Virus record (IMG/VR): IMGVR_UViG_3300026255_000001
Location: 1 to 64,000 of that record
Reading direction: 5' to 3' (one strand)
Source of the DNA: a virus
Taxonomy: Duplodnaviria; Caudoviricetes
Length of the DNA stretch: 64,000 nt
The notes under the pieces are model-generated. The model saw nothing but the letters and a program-made list of their open reading frames with translations, was not told where the DNA came from and did no database searches. Of this stretch, positions 31,001-43,000 are shown piece by piece (position 1 is the first letter of the stretch; each line of letters begins with the position of its first letter). The position numbers and the translations under genes are program-made.

Positions 31001-34000
31001 CGTTCGCGCGGTTGCGCAAGGGCGAGCCCGGCGAAGTGTTCCTGCCGATGACGCTGTCCGGCGACAAGCTGGAGCTCAATGGCGTCGTGTGGACGATCAG
31101 CGGCGAGACCCGGATTCTCGGGGGCAAGCGGTTCGAGGACTACGGGGAGAAGGATTTCGACGCGTTCTACAACGACATCTACTTCGGGGACAAAGACAAT
31201 ATCGGTGCCCACGAGCAGTTCACGATCGACTTGATCCATGAGATTGCCCCCGGCATCCTGGATCCCGGCGGGCAGTTCAGCCTGTATCGCAAGGCGAAGG
31301 ACGGGAAGCTGGAGAGCAAGAGCCCGGCGGAGATCGGCAAGATCATCCAGGACGTACTGAAGAGGTTCTCGCAGATCGGGACCCCGATCGTCGACGGCAT
31401 CTTCGGGCCTCCGGGCTACCTGCAGACCGCCGAGGACGGCGCGGTCGAATACGTCGTCGCGCTCAAGGCGGACGGCAACCCGTACAAGGGCCCCGGCGAC
31501 GGGTTGCTCTGGGTCATGCCCTGGCTCCGCGACGCCGCGAAGAAGACCTACGGCGGCGCCGAGAAGCAGGCATCCTACAAGCTGGGCAACTGGGGGCCCA
31601 CGGACCGCGGCGTCCTGAGCCAGACGAAGGGCGCCGTCGCCATTGACCCCAACCGGTTCGAGCGCCTCGACCAGTCCGAGCCGGGCGCCCTGACGCCGGC
31701 CGAGCTCGAGGACGTGCTGTCCGACGAGTCTTTCCGCAGGCAGCTGCCGGAAGCCGTGTTTCTCGCCACCGGCAACGCCCAGAAGATGGGCCCCGGCAGG
31801 TTCGATCGTGTCGTGGAAGTCGTCCGCGGCAGCAAGACCTACAAGTTTGGCGTCTTCCGCGCCGCCCCGCTGGGCATCACTTCCACCATGCCCACGGACA
31901 CCACGCTCCAGGAGCGCTGGGTCGGCATGCAGCCGGTCGCCGGCGGGGCCGGAATCCTGAACGTCCCCGGGGGCACCCTGGATGCCCGCGCCGACTTCTA
32001 CCGCGTGTTCATGGACGAACTGTATTCCGGGGCGGAGTCCCGCATCCGCAAAGCGCTGGAACGCCCCGACGCGGTCCTGTTCGAGGGGGACAACCGGCGG
32101 CCGATGCTGAACGCCCTGGCCAAGGAGGGCGGGTGGCTTGGCGGCTCGCTGGCCGCCATGCAGACCCTGTTTGCCAAGCTGCGCGGGGCGGTCAACGCCG
32201 CCAAGAAGAAAGGCCACGCCAAGCTGGTGTCGCCGATCCAGAGCACCGGAGCCGCCCGCGAGGACGGAACCCTGGCGCCCGCCACGGATGGTCCGCTGGA
32301 ATACGACGACTCCGCCCGGCTGCATCCGTCCGGGGGCCAGATCGTGCGTGGCATGGCCAAGCCCTCCTCGTTGTCCGACCACCATCGGCTGGCGAACGGC
32401 GGATTGACGATGCCCGGCATGGGGCTCGGGCTGGAGGACATAGGCGAGGCCGACCTGAAGCGCGCGGCGAAGCATTACGAGAAGCTGTTCGGGCGCCGGA
32501 ACATCCCGGCGAACGAAAAGGAGCTCGGAGCCGCTGCCCACGAGCTCATGACCGAGCTCGTCGGAATGGCTCCCGGGACCTCCGATTTCAACAAGACCCG
32601 CGCGATCCTCCGGGCCCTGCTGGCGCCGGTGCGATCGCGGTCGGAGTTCATCCCGCTGGATGGCAGCACGGTGTTCGGGCGCTCGCTGGAGGATGCCAAG
32701 AAGGTTGTCGCCCACCTGCAGGCGAAACACCACCTGTTGTACGATCTCGCCAGGATCAAATTGGAAGGCGGCAAGGGCCAGTTCGACGTCGAATACGAGC
32801 AGGGTCGCCTGTCTGGATACACCGGAGAAGGCGTGAACCTCGACGACTTCGTCGTCCACTCCTCCGAGGACGGGCAAACCGTAATTGGGTTCCGCATCCC
32901 CGGCATCCCGCTGCTGGTCCACCGTTCTCCGGCGCTCGGCCATCTGCAGTCCATGCGCGTGATCCGGCTGACGGAGCTCACGAAGGACGCGGCGGCGATC
33001 TTCTACCACCAGGACACCCTGACGAAGGAAGGCGCGGACGAAGATGGCGACCAGTCCCATGTGTTCCCCCTGCCACCGATGTCCCTGCTCGCCCTGCACA
33101 AGAGCTTCGAGTTCCTGCGCGACAACGAATTCGAAGTCGGGGCCAGCGCCAGGCCGGATAGGTTCAGCGACGCCTATCCGAAGGATCTCCGGGATTCCTG
33201 GCTCGCCTCGCTCGTGCCCGAGAATCTCGAGCGGATCACGGACCCCCGCGTCATGGCCCTCTCTCGGGACGCCAACCTGGCCGGATCCACGGCCATCGGC
33301 ACCGCGGCGTCCATGCTGACGGCGGCGGAACTGATGTTCGCAGACATGGTGCTGGACAAGGATGTCCCAGGGCTGCGCGACACCTCTGCCGCAGACCCGT
33401 ACGTCGCCGTCCGGTTCGCCGTCCTCCACGACATGGTCAACCGCATCGTGGACGCGGGCAAGGTCCCACACATGATGAAGGGGATGATGCTCTACCAGCA
33501 GTTTGTCCCGGTATTCGTGGCAGCCGCCGTCGGCAGTGAAGTCCCGTTCGTCGAAGGGCTGGAAGGACAGGAGCTCTACGATCACGTCCACAAGCACACC
33601 GTGCAGGAAGTGACGGAGTGGCTCACGGACTCCGAGCGGGGACGGCGCCTTGCGGACAACGTCCTGGTTGGCGGGATGACTCTCGGCAAGGCGTTCCGGG
33701 CCACGTACGGCAAGAAGGCGAAAGAAATGCAGCCCAAGATCGCCGCCCTGCTGGCGCTGAGCGACGACATGACGACGCTCTCGACGGTTGTTCGCGCGAT
33801 CCACAAGTTCAAGCCGACGAGTTTCGGCGACATGGTTTCCCTGCTCGAGAAGATCGACTCCGTCCTGGACGGCCGGCTCAAGACCCTTCCCGCACCTACC
33901 AATCTCCCGGCCAACCGGCCGCTCCGCGTCGTGCTGGATTCCATCATCTCCCCGTTCCGCCCCGTCCTGGAGGAGCTGATCGGGAAGGTGAAGCAGGACG

Positions 34001-37000
34001 TTCTGGCCCATCCAACGGGGGCGCTGGAGGCCGCGCGGGCCGAGCAGCTGCTGGCAAACCCGCGCACGAAGGCCCTGGTCCGGAAGCAGCCCAGCGTGGA
34101 CGGAGAATCGTTTGACTACGAGTGGACGGCGGCGGGGCTGTCAAAGCTCTGGGATCTGCAGCTCGACCTGCACCAGCGGCTGGCGACGGCCACGCTCAGG
34201 GCCAGGGAACTGGCCATGCACGCCGAATTCGCCGACATGCCGGTAGAGGAACTCGCGGAAGAGGGGTTGCGCGGAACCGTGGACCCCGGGGCCGCGCCGC
34301 AGTATCATGTCTTCGACAGCGTCGTGCGGCAGCGCGCCGAGTTGCGGGCTACGCCGGAGTACGCGGACAACGTCGTGCTGTCCGCTCTGGAGCTGTCGGT
34401 TACGATGCCGGAAGCCGTGGGCGAGGCGCAGGAACGGGCCGCCAAGCAAGCCCGTGCGCCAAGAATCCGTGTCGGAGTGACGGACAGCTTCAGCGTCGCC
34501 GAGGCCCGCCGCGACTGGGCCAAACTGCCCCCCGCGCTGCAGATCGACATCTTCGACCTGATCGCGCGATTCAACGGGCTGCACCGCTCGGAGAGCCGCC
34601 TGTACGATCTCGTTCCCCCGGCGTTTATGAAAGAGGTCTTCGCTCTCGAGCGCCAGATCGCCGCCGGCTTCCGGGACGGTTCGATCAACATCGACGCCGT
34701 GCGCCCGCTCAAGAGCGGAATAACGCTGCGGGGCATGCTCGACTTCGCCCGCGAGTCCTATCTGACAGGGGCCGCCGGGGCCACGATCGAGGTGCCGGCA
34801 GGCAAGCGCGTTCCTTATGACGGCGCGGGCAGCTACCTGCGCTTCGCGCCGTTCGTCTCGGGCTGGGAAGCCGCGCCGTATTACGGTGCGCCGGCTATCC
34901 CCGAGCTGCTCGGCGAAAACGCCGGCGAGGTCGGCCTTCCGGCTCCGGCGCCCATCCGCCCCGCTCCGGCGCCGGCGCCTGCCGCGCCTAAGTCGGTCAA
35001 GGACGTTGCCGTCAAGGCCCAGTCTCCAAGCAAGTACCGCACGAAGGAGCTGGCCAAGGCGGCTGCCTCAAACAAGGTGGCGGCACTGACCGATGCCGCG
35101 ATCACGGATGAGTCCTACGCCAAGCGCCTTGGCCTCGCTGCGCAGGCCGCGGGCATCCTGGTGTCCGACGCGTCCCAGGTCAAAGAAGGCGACGTCGTCT
35201 ACGTCTCCATGCCGGGCCGCGGGCGAGGAGCCAGCGTCGCGCAGATCAACGGCTTCATCGACTCCGTTGTCGGGATGGTGAACGCCGGTGCAGCCGTCGT
35301 CACGGACAACGGAGAGAACGCCAAGCGCATGCACAACATCGGCGCGGAAGGCGTCCTGCGCGAGCGTCTCCTGAAGGAGGGGTTTCAGGAGACCGAGAAC
35401 AAGAAGTTTGGCTACAGCCTTTGGCGCAAGGGCGCCGTTACTCTGGAGACGCCATCCCTCCTCGGCGAGGCGAAGCCGCGGCAGCTGGAGTTGCAGCTGG
35501 GGCAGTCGATCGCCCCCGACAGCGACGCCGGCGCGCCCTACGACCTGAACGAGCGCGAAGCCGCCGACCTGCGCAAGGCGTACGGACTCGTCCAGGGAGA
35601 GATCGTCCGGGCGGAGGCCATCATGGAAGCCGCGATCGCGCGGGCCCACGAAGCCAAGATGGAGGGCTCCGCCGAGGCGCTCAAGGCCCTGCGTGAAATG
35701 ACGGCTTCCGGGCTCGGCCTCGTCGTGTCCTCCGTCGTGCCGTACGCCGCGGACGAGAACCTCGGAACCAAGAAGTCGATCTGGGGCGGGTACGACCCGG
35801 ACAACAACCTGGTCACCCTGTCCCCGAAGCTGGTGCGCCACCTGGAAAACCCGGCCGGCGGCCTGAACTGGTTCGACAAGACCCTGTTCCACGAGCTCGC
35901 CCACGCCGGCATGTACCATCTCGTCGGGAAGAACGACCTGCGCTTCCGGCTCCTGCTGGACCAGGCGCGCAACGAGGCGGCGCGGCGCGGGATCGACAAG
36001 AAAGAATGGGACAACGACTACTACGGGCTGACGAACACGCAGGAGTTCGCGGCAGAGGCGCTGTCCAATCCCGCCTTCCGCTCGTTCCTGGCGTCCATTC
36101 CGGCCGTCGGCATCCTGACCGCGCCGGAGAAGTCCGCCAGCCTCTGGGACGCCGTGCGCCGCCAGATCGCCCGCGTCCTGGCGTCCTTCGCGAAGCGGTT
36201 CCCCGGCATCAAGCACTCCCTGCTGGAGCAGGCGTTCGACGAGATCATGCAGTGGGACGCGGAGGACGCCTTGTCGGCCCGCGCGGACGCGTATGCCAGG
36301 CGCGCAGCCGAAAGCCTGCCGCCGGAGGAAAGCCCGACGGAGTTCGAGAGCTGGGAAGCGGCGGCCGCGGACGCCGCCGCCCGGTTCAAGCTGGAGTGGA
36401 ACGGGTCCTTCGAGGCGTCCAAGAACTGGAACGTGGTCGGATCGGAGAAGGACCCGCTGGCCTACAATGCGGTCAACGCGGACAACTCGCTGCTGGTGGA
36501 GGTCTCCGGAACGAGAGGCGGGGCGAAGTGGACCGCGTACGCCGGACCCGGATACTCCGTCGCGCAGTCGGAGAAGCCGGAGGGGCGCAAATGGCCCGAA
36601 AGCGTAGATCTGTCTTATGCCCGCAAAGCGAGGCAGGGCGAGCTGGACTTCGGGCAGTCGATCGCGACACCGGAGTTGAATCCGGTAGTTCGCGGGCTCG
36701 AGTCGGCGTTCAACAAGCTCGGCTTCTCGTTCAAGGACGCGCGGGATTCGGACGTGTACGGCGCGCTTCAAGTTGCGAGCCGCGTAATAGCGGACCCGAA
36801 GAACGAGGTCGCCCATATCTCGCAGGCCGCGACGGCGCTGTCGTACCTGGCGTTCCCCAGAATCGTCGGGGTCGAGAGGGACGTCAGATCGCGCGCGGAT
36901 CTGGAAAACATCCTCCGCTCCGAGCTGTTCGACAGGTATGAAGAGGCTGGAGGAACCGTCCCGGCGTCCACGTTCGCCCGCGTATGGTCGGAGATGAAAC

Positions 37001-40000
37001 GGATCGTAAGGGACTTGGCGCACTGGTTCCAGGCGAAGCAGGCGGACATCGAATCCATGCTCGACTCGGTTCTGTCCGGCGATCTGGAGACCGCGTTCGG
37101 GAAAGACGTTCTTGTCCCTCCCGCAGGAATGGAACAGGTAAACCTGCAAGAACAGCTGGACAGGTCTCCGGAGGCGAAATCTATCTTGGCCTCGCTGCTG
37201 GATTCCGAAATCGCGTTCGAGCTGTCCGGAAGCGTAGCCTACGCCCCGCAGATTCCGGTGTTCCGAAACAAGGGCACAACGGCCCACGACCTGGACCTTA
37301 TTTTCCATCCAGACAATTCCTACGGGGCCTTCGCCTACCTGTTGCAGGAGTTCCCGAACGCGGAGATGATCTACGCGTTTCCGTCGGGTCGCGGGGGCTA
37401 TGCGGCCGGATTGGCCATTCCTCCGGCGGGCAGAAAAATATCTGGCGTAATCGACAGGACGGGCCGCCGGAAAGACGGGCCGGACTCCGCGAGAGTGGAG
37501 CGCGGATTCGACGTCTTGGACGAAACCGGGTCCGTTGTAGGGAGTTTCAGGTTGACTTCGCTGTTTTCCGGAAAGACGACGGAGACCTGGGAGGGCGAGA
37601 AGGCGGTTATCGTCGACATCATTCCTGATTTCAGGGTGCGAAAGGAAGGGGCCGCAGAGCGTACAACTCCGCTCCGGGTCGGCGACTCCGTTCTCGACCT
37701 TCCGATCAGCGCCCACGAAGCCGGCATGGAAAAGAAGCTGGAACTTCTGCGCATCAAGGATTTGAAGGATCTGGGCCGCAGCGCGTGGGCGCTCGGAAAG
37801 CAGCAGGCTGTCGGCCAATCCGCGGACGCCCCGGTGGAAGTTCTAGCGCTGAATGCTGTGGGGCAGTCCATCGCGGCAGAAGCCGAAGCCGCCCTCGACC
37901 CCCTGGCCCGCTCGATGAAGCGCGCCGAGGAGCTGAAGAAGCTGCACGCCAAGCGCGTGTCAAAGCCGATGCCAGATAGCTGGGTTTCATATGAGGCATC
38001 CGCCGTTTTCACCCGACAACCGGACGGGTCATGGCTGATGGAAAATGAGGACGAGGGGCTTAAACAGGTCGTGTCTGCAGCAGCCGTTCAAATGGCTTGG
38101 GGCGAACAGGAGGAGTTTGACATTTCCGGGTCTTTAGATTTTGTTGCCGTCGCCCAGTCTGTGGAGCGCTGGAAGCAGGAGCAGGGCATCGTCTATGACC
38201 CGAAGGAAGCGCACGCCGTCGGCGAAGCCTTCTACCACGACGTCGGGGCGTTCAACCACGAGGCCCCGGGCCTCCTCGGAAAGATCGCCTCCGTCCTCCT
38301 CGCCCAGCAGCGCAAGCTCCGCCGGGGCGAGCGCGACTGGTGGAAGGACACCGAGAACCAGCTGGTGGTGAGCGGGTACACGGCCAAGACCGACCCGTCC
38401 TTCGGAAGGCATAACGGAATTCCGACTTCGTTCTTCACGACGGAGGGACCCGAAGGACCTCTCTCCGGAGAGGTACGCTACAACAAAGATTTGGCCCGCT
38501 GGGAGAAGCGCGCCGGCGGAGCCTGGGCCGCCATATCGGAAGCGGAAGCCAAGAGCGACTATGAAACCGGCACCGCCGGCATCGACATGGCTCCGACGTC
38601 CGGGGCGTCCGTCCGTCCCGGCCGCGGCATGCGCTTCGTCATCAACCCGTCCCCCCGCGACATCGTCTGGGCGGCCGTAGGCGACGTGTACTCAGGGACC
38701 GTCAGAAAATGGGTCGCATACCCTGCCAGAAAGATAGCCGTCGACCCCAAGGCCCCAAGCGCCGACAAGCTCGGGCTGCTGGCCGACTCGGTCGCCACGG
38801 CCATCCAGGGCCGCCGGCCGCAGAACTACAACGAGATCGGGGTCAGGCTGAGACTTGGGAACTTCTATATCGAGTCCGAGACCGAAGCCCTCCCCGCCGA
38901 GCTCCGCCGCCTCAACGAGCTGCTGAAGAAGGCATACACGATCGTCCACGGGTCCCTGGATCCGATGGCGGAGAAGCGGCGGGACATGAGCGGGCAGTCT
39001 ATCTCCGCAGAAGAAGCCTTCCCCGCAGCACCCGAAGGCATGCGCTCGACCCGCATGGCCCCCGACGGCAAGCCCGACCCGGACTACGATCTCGCCGATC
39101 CGGCGTCGAAGGTGAACCGTTCGGCCGTCCAGATTCCGGCCGTTGAACAAACCGAGGCCCCGGCAGAAGACAGGAAGATTGCGTCTGTCATTGACAAGGT
39201 CGGCCGCCGCGCAGACGGGCCAAACGCCCCTCGCGTCACCCGCGGATTCGACGTGGTCGACGAGACCGGCAGCGTCGTCGGAAGTTTCCGCCTGGAGTCA
39301 CTGTTCTCCGGCAAGACGACGGAGACCTGGGAAGGCGAGAAGGCCGTCATCGTCGACATCATCCCGGACTTCCGGGTGCGCATAGACGGCGCGCCAGCGC
39401 TCACGGCCCCGTTAAAAATAGGGGACCAGACGCTTGCCCTCCCGATCTCCTCCCACGAAGCCGGGATGGAAAAGAAACTCGAGCTCCTTCGCATCAAGGA
39501 TCTGAAGGACCTCGGTCGCAGCGCGTGGGCCATGGGACAACGGAGGATCGAAGGCGAGTCCGCCGCTGTCTCCCTCGACAACCCGCCAGAAGTCCAGACC
39601 GAAGCCTGGCGCATGGCGGTCGCGTACCCCAAGACAGGCAAGACCAAGGAGTCCTTTGCGCTGCGCATGGGCGTCGACGGCAATCCTGATCCGGCCTGGG
39701 ATCTTGGAGACCCCGAGTCCGAGGTCAACCGGACCCGGCGCACCATTCTCCCCGAAGAACTGTCCGAGGCCCCGCTGCCCTCCGACGTCGAAGCCGCGCT
39801 GGACGACGCCCTCGGACTCATGAACGTACTGCTTTACCGCCGCCCGTTGCCGGACGGCAGTGGCGCCCCGGCGGCCGTGTTTGAAGACGGAGTTGTGTTC
39901 GCCGAGAAGCCCGAAGCCATTGGTCCGGCTGTCGCCGCGCTCACCACGAAGATCGTCGGCGAAAACCTGCCGGCGCTCAATGCCGTTCTTGACCCCGCCA

Positions 40001-43000
40001 TCGCCCAAGCGCTACACCAAACAGCACGCAAGTATGCGGGGCGGCGCGCCTCGGCCTCGGTCGAAGCCGAAATCGTCCTGCGGCTGGCGGGGTCATCTTC
40101 TTCCTTGTTCACGTCGCCACACGTCTGGCCGGCGGCGCTGGCCGCGGACATGGCGGACATGCTGATCCACCATCCGACGGAGCTGCTGAAGCGCAGCCGC
40201 GTCGAGATGGTCGACGGCGTGCCGCAGCTGGTCTCCGCGGGGTCCGACCGCGAGCTGGTCTCCCGTGGACGCGAGCTGTCGCCGAACGACTCCGCGAGCT
40301 GGGAACGGATGATCGAGTCCGACCGCGTGCCGGAGAAGCTCCGCGCCAAGCTCGGCGGGCTTACAGACGCCCACGAGGCGATCGAAGCCGTCGTCGAGGC
40401 CGTCGACGCCGGCCGCATCAAGGATCCCGACTACGACAAGGTGGAAAGCGCGCTCGTTCGTTCCGCCGCCGAGAATCTGCGGGTCCGTCCTGTTTCCGGC
40501 GAGCCCGGCGAAATGGCCCGACGTGAGCTGGCCTCCGGCATGTCCATGTCGTCGATCTACTACCACGACCCGGGTACCCGGATCGCGGCGCTGCAGGGCA
40601 TGGGGATCCCGGGGCAGCACCTGGCCTTCTACGAGATGATGAACCAACACACGGCGTCATGGAACAACGGCGCGCACTGGCTAAACACCAAGGCCAAGGT
40701 CTTGCCTTACGAAACCGCCACGCTGTACCGCTTGTTCACGGACAAGGAAGGCTACCGGAGGGAAGACGCGAAGGTCCATACCCACCTGACCCTGTCCCAG
40801 CGGCAGGCCGAGAAGCGGTTCGAAGCCGCCGTCACGGCGATCATGGAACACGCCCACAAGTTCGACCTGTCGAACCCGGCCATGCGCGAGGCCTTGCTCG
40901 ATCTTCCCGGGACGGTAGTGTACGGGAAGAACCAGGCAGCCTACCGACGAGGCTCCGACGAGCGGGCCGGCACTTTGCCGGAGCGGGAGACCATCCGGGA
41001 GGCGCTGTCCCACTTCAACGCCGAGCTGCGCGGGCTGCTGCTGGACCCCGAAAAGGGAGGGCGCACGGAGGCCGAGATCGACCCGTTCCTTCTGGCGGAA
41101 GAGGCGAAGGCGCAATACGAAAAGGACTTCAAGGCTCTCAACGACGCCGCGTTCGAGTCCCTGGACGGCCGGGAATACCTGCGGTTCCGAGAAGGATACG
41201 CCGGAATGCACCTATACTCCTACGGACGCGGGGCCGGAATGGATCCAGCCGGCGACCAGGCGCTCGCCGACATCTTCGACCATGTGAAGCACGCAGATAC
41301 CTCTCTGTCCTTCATGAAGCGCCCGGACGGCCGGGAAGATCCGTCCCTGAAGCTCTCGCATAAGGACGGAATTCCGGCATGGACCGAACTGCAGCAAAAG
41401 ATCCTGGGCGAGCAGAGCCCGGAGCGGCTGCGCCGCGCGCTGAAGCGCGGTCGCGCGCCGAACGTCGTTGAGGCCAACCGCCTGATCGTGGACGCCATCC
41501 AGGAGAATCTCTACGCCGTTGCGGCCGAGTATCACGCGAAGCACGGGGCGCAAGCCGGCGCATGGAAGCCGAGCGAAGCGGAGAAGAAGCAGATCGCCAC
41601 GGTCAAGCAGCTGCGCGACGTCCTGGCCAGGTTCAAGTTCGTCGAGACGGCCCCGGCCGAGTTCTCCCGCGAGCTGGAGACGTTCGCCGAAGCGTACGAG
41701 AAGAAAGGACTTGTCCCGAAGTCGATGAGTTTCCTGACCCTGCGAGGCGAATACATCGACCGCGTCCACACGGCGGCATCGCACAAGTCCATCCTAAATT
41801 CGTACCTGCTGATCACGAACCCAGACGGCGCTCCGACCATCATGGCGAAGCCCGCCGCAGACGCGTCCCTGGAGCGCGGAGCCATCACGCGGGATACGTG
41901 GATAAAGTACGGGGACAATCTCGCCCGCCACTTCAAGGACAAGTTCAACCGCCACGCGGCCGACGTTCCCGTGATCGACCCCGTCACCAAGAAGGTGCTG
42001 TTCACGACTCCCGGAATCATCGCCGAGATCCGCCGCCTGTACGACGCCCACGCCGACAAGGACGGGCAGTTCACCAGCCCGCGCATGTCGAGCGTGGAAG
42101 CCTGGAGCGCAACGGACAAGGACGCCGGGCGACTGGTCAAAATGCTGGTGCAGGTGTCCCCGACGGAAGTCTATCCGTGGGCGTCGGCCATCCAGAGGAT
42201 GCTGGCGTGGACGAAAACCATGTCGTTCGGGTGGTCGTTCTTCTTTCAGACGGCGCTCGGCGAATCCAGCATTGGCATGAGCGGACCGTTCAAGGGCAAC
42301 CTTGCTCTGACGTTCCTTACACGGCCTTTCCTTAAATCCAGCCGGGAAAACTGGGCGAAGTTCTGGGGGAACGTCCGGGCGTTCCGCGAGCACCGCCGCT
42401 ACTACAATCCGGCGGTTGCCGACAGGCTAGACTTCATGCTCCGCATGGGGTTGACCACCGGGCGCACGGCCGCCCTGGAGCCGTACGCTGACGTGTTTAG
42501 GAAAGACGTCCATAAAATCGGAGCCGGGTTCAGGGAAAAGCATGGCGACCATGTGGCGCGCCTGTGGGAAACGTTCTGGTTCGGCGCCGACAAGACGGAC
42601 CAGAGCTGGGCGCGGTTCTGGCCTGGCGTCACTGGCCGGAAAATGTCCGACTGGATGTTCGACTGGTTCTCCGCAGTCAAGGAGGCCCAGATGGATTTGG
42701 CCGTCAAGAAGCTCGCGCTCGACCACGGCCTGAATCCGGATGGCCGGGCTTCGTGGAGCCAGGCCCGATTCCTAGCCAAATACTTCGATGACGGGATGGG
42801 CGGCCAAAATTGGTATCGGTACCTTTGGGCCACGCCGAAGTGGATGTTCGGGCTGACCTTGGGGCTGTTGGCCCCCAACTGGACCTTGTCAAGCTGGAAC
42901 ACGTCGGGCCTCGCGCCCATCACGCAAGCGCTGTTCAAAAACTATCCGGCGCCTGGGCAGCAGCGGTTTATCTGGACTCACTACATGCCCTCCATGCTGC

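Noticed and set aside
30094-34011. 1305-aa minus-strand ORF, plus similar long antisense ORFs (13882-16524, 35068-37818, 6249-7790, 51757-53931)
   Set aside because: They are shadows of strongly GC3-biased sense genes, which lack stops in the mirrored frame. They have no RBS, no motifs and an unnatural composition.
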